Position numbers and translations under genes: made by a program. From positions 128,001 through 192,000 of the forward strand of contig CBDIIB010000005.1 of assembly GCA_965279525.1 (NCBI GenBank): a DNA stretch of 64,000 bases, read 5' to 3'. Under the pieces are notes generated by a model that was given only the letters and a program-made list of their open reading frames with translations, did not search any database and was not told the DNA's origin. Each line of letters opens with the position of its first letter. The stretch's first letter is position 1. Below are positions 57,362-64,000 of the stretch, in pieces. This stretch comes from Tagaea sp. GTDB lineage: Bacteria; Pseudomonadota; Alphaproteobacteria; CACIAM-22H2.

Positions 57362-59577
57362 TCGAGGACCTCGCTGTAGTGGACTGTGAAGTTCAGGTTC
57401 TCGGCACCCGGCCCGTTATCGCCCCAGCTCACGACGCTGACGACCCGGTCGCCCATGAAAACCGGCCCGCCCGAGTTGCCCGGGCTGGTCGCGGCATCGA
57501 TCTGGATCTGGCGGACCGGCTTGCCCATCCGCGGACCATGCATGCGCATCTCCCGGACGGCGCTGACGACGCCGCGCGTGACGGAGAATTCATGGCCGCG
57601 CGGATGGCCGATCACTTCGACGGTCGATCCGAGATCGAGCCGCTGGCCGTCGTAGAAACGCACGGGCTTTCCGCGCGCCTGCACGCGGATCAAGGCCAGA
57701 TCGACGCGGACATCCACCGCTTCGACCCTTCCGAACGTCTCGAGTCCGTTCGACATCTTCATTTCCACGATCTTCCGGTCTCCGACGACGTGATGGTTCG
57801 TAAGCACGAGATCGGGCGCAATGAAGAATCCCGAACCGGAGCTGCCCGGCAGGAAAATCCGCACCACGCTTTCCATCCGCGCGTCGGTCGTGCGGCTGTC
57901 CTGGATCTTCGTCGTCTCGAAGCGCGCGAGTGTCGTGTTCTTGTCGCGCTGCAGATCCTCGCGCAGGGCGACAAGGGATACGAGCTTCTGTGCCCGCCCC
58001 TGCTGCTGCAGATAGTGGCCGACGAGTTGGGACATCGGCATCTTCATCGGGGCCGTCTCCCAGTCGACGACCTCTTTTTCGGCATGGCCGTCAGCTGCGT
58101 GCCGGTCGCGCTCGGGATCGTTGCGGTCGATGTCGTAATTGACGCGGAACTGCTGGTTTTCCGTGATGTCGAAGGATGACTTGACGTAAGTCCCAGCCTT
58201 GCGGTCGATCACGTAGTAGTTGACCGTCATCGCGCGCGATCCGTCGACCCGGGCGCGCTTGAATTGGTATTCCTCGATGACCGGAACAACGATCCGCTGC
58301 GGCGTGTTGCGCAGCTTTCCCATCGATTCCTCGACCTTGTTCCGTGCCGACGTCGTTCCCACGATGTCCGACAGGCCCGTGAGGAACGCGCCCAGCGGAC
58401 TGCCTGCGCTGCGCAGGCTGTTGAGGTTCGCCTGCATCTGCGCCTGCTGGTGGGCCATCTGGGCATTCTGCACTTCGACGCGGACCAGGTCGTATTCCGG
58501 GTTCGCTTCCTGGCGCGTGCCGACCTGCCGGCGCGAGACGATGCCTTCCATCCCGCTGACGCGCCGGTTGACGCGGGCAAGCGCCACATCGAACACGACG
58601 AGGAAATCGTCCTCGGCCGCCTCGAACGCGCGGTCGAGTTCGACCTTCTTCGCGTCGAACGGCAGGTCGATGTCGATCTCGGCCGGGAACTCGATCTGGC
58701 CGGCGCGCAGCAGCGTCTGGCTCGTCGCCTGCACGAAGCCCACACGTATTCCATCGAGCTTTTGCGGCGCGAGACCGGCCGCCCGCACGGCTTCCACACC
58801 GGCCATCGCGGCACGCAGGCTGCCAAGCGGTGCGCCGGACGCACGGGCATACGCGCGGGCAAGCAGCCCCGCGACATCGGTTTCATTCTCCGCCGCCAGC
58901 GCGCTGGCAGCCGACAGGGTTCCGACGAAGCGCGACAGGTCGGACGGTGACGCGCCCTCAAGGCGCGTACGCAAGGTTCCGTCGAGGCCCGCGCGCAGGA
59001 CTGCCTGGGCGTCGACCGGAACGGGATAGAGCGCGAAGAAGCCGGGTTCGGCGAACGGATCGAAGGCCGTGAAGGCGCCGGGAGCGCCCTGGACGAGGCG
59101 CGCGGTCACGTCGGCATGTAGCGCACGAAGCTCCCCGACCAGCGTTGTCGCGAACTCCGGCAGCGCCAGCAACGCCACGCCGTCGTGCCGCTCGAGGGCA
59201 GCCTGCGCCTGCGCGAGCGCCGCGCGCAGCTCGCCCCAGCGCCCCGGATTGCCAGCGAGCTTGTCGAGGTCGGCAAGGCCTGTATGCGCGGCCTGCATTT
59301 CCGGCCCGATCGTCTGCAGCAGGCCATCGGCGGCCGCCTTCAGCGCTGCCGCGTGGCGGATGCGCCGTTCCGGCCCGAAGAAGGCCGGATGGTCGGCAAA
59401 GACGCGCGCGGCGGCTTCGTGCTCGCCTGCCTTGACGAGATCCTCGAGGTGCTGGCCCTGATTGTAGAAGATCGAATAGCTGACCGGCGCCGGCCCCTGC
59501 CCGCCGGTCGTGAGCTGGTCGGGCTGGCAGCCCGCGAGCAGAAAAAAACCCAGAAGAGCAATCGTCCGAGAGCGCAT
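57319..59577 (-). CDS. Large lipoprotein with C-terminal trypsin-like (S1) serine protease domain
   Basis: Lipobox LAGC; 'GSGFF', 'TNHHVV' (His), 'DLALI' (Asp), 'PGNSGGP' (Ser); no PDZ domain. Confidence 0.85.
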   Translation of the reverse strand: MRSRTIALLGFFLLAGCQPDQLTTGGQGPAPVSYSIFYNQGQHLEDLVKAGEHEAAARVFADHPAFFGPERRIRHAAALKAAADGLLQTIGPEMQAAHTGLADLDKLAGNPGRWGELRAALAQAQAALERHDGVALLALPEFATTLVGELRALHADVTARLVQGAPGAFTAFDPFAEPGFFALYPVPVDAQAVLRAGLDGTLRTRLEGASPSDLSRFVGTLSAASALAAENETDVAGLLARAYARASGAPLGSLRAAMAGVEAVRAAGLAPQKLDGIRVGFVQATSQTLLRAGQIEFPAEIDIDLPFDAKKVELDRAFEAAEDDFLVVFDVALARVNRRVSGMEGIVSRRQVGTRQEANPEYDLVRVEVQNAQMAHQQAQMQANLNSLRSAGSPLGAFLTGLSDIVGTTSARNKVEESMGKLRNTPQRIVVPVIEEYQFKRARVDGSRAMTVNYYVIDRKAGTYVKSSFDITENQQFRVNYDIDRNDPERDRHAADGHAEKEVVDWETAPMKMPMSQLVGHYLQQQGRAQKLVSLVALREDLQRDKNTTLARFETTKIQDSRTTDARMESVVRIFLPGSSGSGFFIAPDLVLTNHHVVGDRKIVEMKMSNGLETFGRVEAVDVRVDLALIRVQARGKPVRFYDGQRLDLGSTVEVIGHPRGHEFSVTRGVVSAVREMRMHGPRMGKPVRQIQIDAATSPGNSGGPVFMGDRVVSVVSWGDNGPGAENLNFTVHYSEVLEWLREKNITVVTSR

Positions 59578-59713
59578 CGAATCCTCGCATCGAGAAATGC
59601 ACCCTTTGATTATACTTTGTTCACCTCCCGTTTAAATGGTTTTATGAGAAAATACATACGTATTAAGATTGTGTCTTTGGGTAAAGCACCACGCCGGCCC
59701 CGCCCTGGTCGTG

Positions 59714-60343
59714 CTAGCGAAGCGCAGCGAGGATTTTCGGGTCGTTGAGCAACATCTCCAGCTTTGCGCGGAACGCCGGCGGCACCGCTTCCTTGGCGTG
59801 GGCAGGCGGATTGAAGGCGTTGCCGCCGAGATCGTCGCGGCCGGCAAGGTTGCTGTCCGTCAGCACCCGCCCGGTCCTGTCGAAGACCGTCGCGTTCAGG
59901 TCGTAGAGCAGCGCCGTCGCCACGTACGTGTCCGACTTCCATTCCCGGATGGTGAGCAGCAGCGCGCGGTCGCGCCCGACATCCAGCAGCGCCCGGTGCG
60001 AGTCCGTCACGCCCTGCCCCGGCGCGATCGGCACCTCGGTGGCGTCGACACCCTTGGTTTTCAGGGCCGCAACGACGGCCTTGCCGAAATCGGTGGCCAG
60101 CGGATTGCCCGAAGCGGTCGTCACGTTGAACGGATTGCCGAAGCCGCCGCGCGACAGGCCGGCGAAATTCTCGGCCTTGTCCTTGTCCTTGTCCAGCACA
60201 TAGGGACGGCGATCCTGCACGCCGACGGCGGTGCTGGCCGCGGACTGCATGGCGAGTTGCGGCACGACACCGTAATCGTGCTGGTTGCCGACGGCACAGG
60301 CGCCAAGGGAAAGCGACAGCAGGCAAACGAGTATTCTCTTCAT
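59714..60343 (-). CDS. YajG-like lipoprotein
   Basis: GGAGG RBS, lipobox LGAC, 'VGVQDRRP', 'RGGFGNPF', C-terminal 'LLNDPKILAAL'. Confidence 0.65.
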   Translation of the reverse strand: MKRILVCLLSLSLGACAVGNQHDYGVVPQLAMQSAASTAVGVQDRRPYVLDKDKDKAENFAGLSRGGFGNPFNVTTASGNPLATDFGKAVVAALKTKGVDATEVPIAPGQGVTDSHRALLDVGRDRALLLTIREWKSDTYVATALLYDLNATVFDRTGRVLTDSNLAGRDDLGGNAFNPPAHAKEAVPPAFRAKLEMLLNDPKILAALR

Positions 60344-60567
60344 GCGGCCTCCGGAGGGTGCGTGCAAATCCAAGTAGTCACTGGATAGTGCATCTAACCG
60401 AAGGCGGCAAAAAAGCGGAAAAGGCGAACGGAAACGACGCAACCCCGGAAAAAAGCGAGCAAAGATTGCATTTCGAAGCCGGAATCCCGGCAGTCCACGA
60501 CGCTTGCCCGACTCGGGGCGCGGCTTGCATAGTTGGCCGCGACCGGGAAAGAACAACAGGGAAACGA

Positions 60568-61242
60568 ATGGGCCACCCCATCGAGTTGACGGCGAGCGAC
60601 GGCCACACGTTCCAGGCTTGGCGGGCGGACCCGCCGGGCAAGCCGAAGGCCGGGATCGTCGTGGTCCAGGAGATTTTCGGTCTCAACGAGCACATCCGGA
60701 AGATGGCCGACGGCTTCGGCTATGACGGCTATCTGGCCATCGCGCCCGCCCTGTTCGACCGGGTGAAGCCGGGCCTCGAGCTTGGCTATGGCGAGGACGA
60801 CATCGCCAAGGGGCGCGAGCTGCGCGCCAAGGTGCCCACGCACAAGGCGCTGGCCGACATCGCGGCTTCGGCGCTGGCCCTCCAGCGGGCGGGCTGCATC
60901 AAGATCGCGGTCGTCGGCTATTGCTGGGGCGGCACGCTCGCCTGGCTTTCGGCCACGCGCGTGACGGGCCTCAACGCGGCGATCTGCTATTACGGCGGCG
61001 GCGTCGCCCAGCACGTGGACGAGCCGGCGCGCTGCCCGGTGCTGTTCCATTTCGGCGAGACCGACGCCTCGATCCCGATGACGGATGTCGAGAAGATCGG
61101 CCGCTACCAGCCGGACACCGACCTGTTCGTCTATCCGGCGGGCCACGGCTTCGCGTGCGACGCGCGCGCGTCGTTCGACAAGCCGTCGGCGGACAAGGCG
61201 CGCGAGCGCACGCGCGAGTTCCTGCGCCGGCACGCCGGCTAG
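60568..61242 (+). CDS. Dienelactone hydrolase family protein
   Basis: 'QEIFGLN.HIR', 'GYCWGG' (Cys nucleophile), 'FGETD', 'AGHGF'. Confidence 0.93.
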   Translation: MGHPIELTASDGHTFQAWRADPPGKPKAGIVVVQEIFGLNEHIRKMADGFGYDGYLAIAPALFDRVKPGLELGYGEDDIAKGRELRAKVPTHKALADIAASALALQRAGCIKIAVVGYCWGGTLAWLSATRVTGLNAAICYYGGGVAQHVDEPARCPVLFHFGETDASIPMTDVEKIGRYQPDTDLFVYPAGHGFACDARASFDKPSADKARERTREFLRRHAG

Positions 61243-61246
61243 GGCA

Positions 61247-62101
61247 TCACGCTTCCACGAAGCTGAGGGCGACACCGCCGGCCTCTTCGGAGGGCAGGTG
61301 GAGCGCATCCGTGCGGTCGCGGTCGAAATCCACGCCGCCGGCTTTCAGTGCCGCCTGGCATGCGGCGAGCGAACGCACCTTCAGCGTCATGCCGGCAAGG
61401 CCCATGCGCACGGGTTCGTCCGGGCCGACGGCCGGATGCAGGAACGTCATGTCGTGCGGCTTGGCGAACAGCACGAGCCCTGCCCCCTTGCCCCAGCGCA
61501 CGGCAAGCGTGTCGTCGGTAGGCACGGCCGAGCCGAGACCGAAGACGCGCTCGTAGCCGTCGGTCAGCGACAGCGGATCCTCGACGATGCAGGTGAGGCT
61601 CGCGACGGCGCACGCGGTGTTGGCATGCGCCATCCATTCCGGCCGCCAGACCGCGTCGCGCATCAGGTGCTGGGTGACGAACGGCTTGATGCCGCCGGGC
61701 CATGGCGCTTCCGGCATCGCGAGCGCGAATTTGAGCTCGATGGCCCCTTCGGGCAGTTCGAGCAGCCGGCCGAGATCGCGCCGCGCGTGCGGCTGGCCGC
61801 GCGAAGCAAGCCACGCCGCAGCCGCATCGGCATCGTCGGCGGCGAGTGCAAAGCCCAGCAGTCCGTCGCCCTGCGCCGCAAGCATCGCACCCAGGCCGTT
61901 ATCGAAGCCGGCCGGATCGACCATGCCGAGCAGTTCGAGATAGTCGCGCTCCAGCATGATGCAGTAGTTGCCGGTCCCCCAGCCCTTGTGGCGGCCGCGC
62001 GGCGTGAGCGTGAAGCCGAGCCGCGCCCACAACGCGCGCGCACCTTCGAGATCGCCCGTGCCCAGGATCACATGGTCGAGGCCGTCGATGGGTCCGATCA
62101 T
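61247..62101 (-). CDS. VOC (Glyoxalase_3-like) family protein
   Basis: 'LDHVIL...DL..A...W.RLGF.LTP.G.H..GT.N', 'YLELLG', 'H.N.A'; ATG overlaps the upstream TGA. Confidence 0.85.
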   Translation of the reverse strand: MIGPIDGLDHVILGTGDLEGARALWARLGFTLTPRGRHKGWGTGNYCIMLERDYLELLGMVDPAGFDNGLGAMLAAQGDGLLGFALAADDADAAAAWLASRGQPHARRDLGRLLELPEGAIELKFALAMPEAPWPGGIKPFVTQHLMRDAVWRPEWMAHANTACAVASLTCIVEDPLSLTDGYERVFGLGSAVPTDDTLAVRWGKGAGLVLFAKPHDMTFLHPAVGPDEPVRMGLAGMTLKVRSLAACQAALKAGGVDFDRDRTDALHLPSEEAGGVALSFVEA

Positions 62102-64000
62102 CGCAAGGCCGCGGCGATGTTGCCGCCGTCGACCGTGAGGATGGCACCGGTCGTGGCGCGCGCCAACGCGAGCGACACGAAGCCCTGCGCCACGTCGCCG
62201 GCCGTGACCTCGCGGCCCAACAGGTTGCCGCCCATGTAGTCGCGCTCGGTGAGGCCCCGCGCCTTCGAGCGGCTGGCGATCATCGCGTCGGTCAGCAGGC
62301 CCGTGCGGATGCGGTCGGCATTGATGCCGTTGGCGCGGATGCCGATGGCGCCATAATCGACCGCGTACTGGCGCATGAGGAACAGTGTTGACGCCTTGGG
62401 CAGCCCGTAGGGGCCGAAATCGGGGCCCGGATTGACCGCCTGCTTGGAGACGTTGAACAACAGGCACCCGCCCGTGCCCTGCGCCTTCATCACGCGCACG
62501 GCGTTCTGCGCCACATGCTGGTGGGCGAAGAAGTTCAGCTCGAAGCTCTCGCGCAGCACCTTCTCGTCGACCTCGCCGATGCGGCCCTGCCAGGCGGCCC
62601 CGGCATTGGACACGACGATGTCCACACCGCCGAAGCGCGCGGCCGCCGCATCGAACGCGGCGCGCACGTCGGCGCCTTGCGTGACGTCGCAGGCAAGCCC
62701 GAGCCCGCCGAATTTCCGCGCGATCGCCTGGGCCGAAGCCCCGTCGCGGTCCAGCACGACCACTTCGCAGCCTTCCGCCGCGAAGGCCGCGACCGACGCC
62801 GCCCCGATGCCCGAACCGCCGCCGGTGACGACCACGACATGCCGCTGCAGGCGCTTCTCGGCGGACTTGCCGAGCTTGGCCTGTTCGAGCGACCAGTATT
62901 CGACGTCGAACAGGTCGGCCTCGGTCACGCTCTCGAAGGTGCCCATCGCTTCCGCGTCGGCGATGGCGGCCGCCGCGTTGTCGACGAGGTCGCCGGCGAT
63001 CTTCGCGTCCTTGGCGGTAATGCCGGCACAGAAGGCGCCGATGCCGGGGACCAGCACCACGCGCGGGCTGGTATCGAGGATCTTCTTGATGCCGCCCACG
63101 CGGCTGTTGTTGCGCGCGAAATAGTCGCGGTACTCGGCGTCGTAGGCATCGCGCGCCTGCTTCACCGCGGCGGCGAAGCCCGGCAGGTCGTCGGCGCGCG
63201 GGGCCACCGGGACCAGCATCGGCTTGCCCTTGGTGCGGATCACATGGTCGGGCGTGATGACGCCGGACCGCGCGTAGCGCGAAACTTCCGTGCCATTCAC
63301 GAAGTTCATCACGGCCGGGCCGTCGCGCAGTTCCATGACGAAGCGCTTGTGCGAGCCCTCCTCGCCCGGGAGGGCGAGCACGCCGCGCACGATGGGGGCG
63401 ATCTGGGCGGCCGTCGCGAGCTTCGCGGGCAACGCGACGGATGCGAACACCTTCCGCCCGGCCTTTGCGATACGCGCCTCGGCAAGGCTGACCAGCTCGA
63501 TCATCCGGTCGTAGCTGTCCTTCGCGGTCGGCCCCCACGCGAAGATGCCGTGCTTGTGCAACACGAGCCCGTCGGCCTTGGGGTGCTGGGCCGCCACCTC
63601 GCCCGCCTTCTTGGCCAGCAGGAAGCCCGGCATCACGTAATCGACGACGGGGGCGCGCTCGCCATAGACCTCGCGCAGCAGGTCGATGCCGTTGGCATGG
63701 TCGGAGACCGACAGCACCGCGTTGGCATGCGTGTGGTCGATGAACTTCGCCGGCAGGAAGGCGTGGAACAGCGTCTCGACCGACGGGTTGGGCGCACCGG
63801 CATCCAAGAGGTTCAGGCGCTGGAAATTGACCATGTCCTCGTCGGTGAGGGCGGAAAGCTTGGTGAGCTTGCGCAACGGGTCGAGGCGCACGGCCGGCAG
63901 GCCCGGCGGCTCGATGGTGCCCATGTCCCAGCCCGAGCCCTTGACGCACAGCACGTCGACGTCTTCGCCGAGCGTGTCCTTCATGCGCGTCTTGACCGAC
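62098..64000 (-). CDS. Bifunctional class II aldolase/short-chain dehydrogenase (RhaD-like), 5' end outside the window
   Basis: 'VKGSG', 'PSVET..H', 'HTH', 'HG', 'TPDHVIRTK', 'EYWSLEQAKL', SDR 'TGGGSGIG', 'NAG', 'YGLPK'. Confidence 0.92.
   Translation of the reverse strand, partial: SVKTRMKDTLGEDVDVLCVKGSGWDMGTIEPPGLPAVRLDPLRKLTKLSALTDEDMVNFQRLNLLDAGAPNPSVETLFHAFLPAKFIDHTHANAVLSVSDHANGIDLLREVYGERAPVVDYVMPGFLLAKKAGEVAAQHPKADGLVLHKHGIFAWGPTAKDSYDRMIELVSLAEARIAKAGRKVFASVALPAKLATAAQIAPIVRGVLALPGEEGSHKRFVMELRDGPAVMNFVNGTEVSRYARSGVITPDHVIRTKGKPMLVPVAPRADDLPGFAAAVKQARDAYDAEYRDYFARNNSRVGGIKKILDTSPRVVLVPGIGAFCAGITAKDAKIAGDLVDNAAAAIADAEAMGTFESVTEADLFDVEYWSLEQAKLGKSAEKRLQRHVVVVTGGGSGIGAASVAAFAAEGCEVVVLDRDGASAQAIARKFGGLGLACDVTQGADVRAAFDAAAARFGGVDIVVSNAGAAWQGRIGEVDEKVLRESFELNFFAHQHVAQNAVRVMKAQGTGGCLLFNVSKQAVNPGPDFGPYGLPKASTLFLMRQYAVDYGAIGIRANGINADRIRTGLLTDAMIASRSKARGLTERDYMGGNLLGREVTAGDVAQGFVSLALARATTGAILTVDGGNIAAALR

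Overview
This is a high-GC (roughly 68-70%, estimated by eye) alphaproteobacterial chromosomal segment whose gene content resembles Rhodospirillales. Most of it is housekeeping: an RND efflux pair, gpt, an FNR-type regulator, two gamma-glutamyltransferase-family genes, rpmH-rnpA-yidD-yidC-engB-argB, dapD-dapE, def-fmt-truA, csaA, phasin, hldD-lgt-MidA-like-pgeF, proC and prs-rplY-pth-ychF. Four accessory signals stand out. (1) A 4.3-kb, markedly AT-richer islet sits in tRNA-Arg(ACG), bounded by a perfect 54-bp att repeat and lacking an integrase. It carries an Mrr-like nuclease-nSTAND3-type NTPase fusion, an FRG-domain gene and an unannotated DUF3883-like nuclease relic with a stop at its catalytic Glu, and is a candidate anti-phage module. 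(2) Two AT-rich intergenic loci lacking any long ORF (about 18.1 kb and 40.6 kb) each combine a sigma70-like promoter, a boxA-like motif, a GCAA-tetraloop hairpin and a TTGAA/TTCAA hairpin. The first has a perfect alphaproteobacterial LexA box over its -10, suggesting an SOS-controlled structured RNA family. (3) An alpha/beta-hydrolase is fused to a divergent GT41 (OGT/SPINDLY-type) glycosyltransferase. (4) A three-lipoprotein cluster (YajG-like, trypsin-like protease, TraT-like) lies next to ychF. All protein calls come from motif recognition by eye; no database searches were run.
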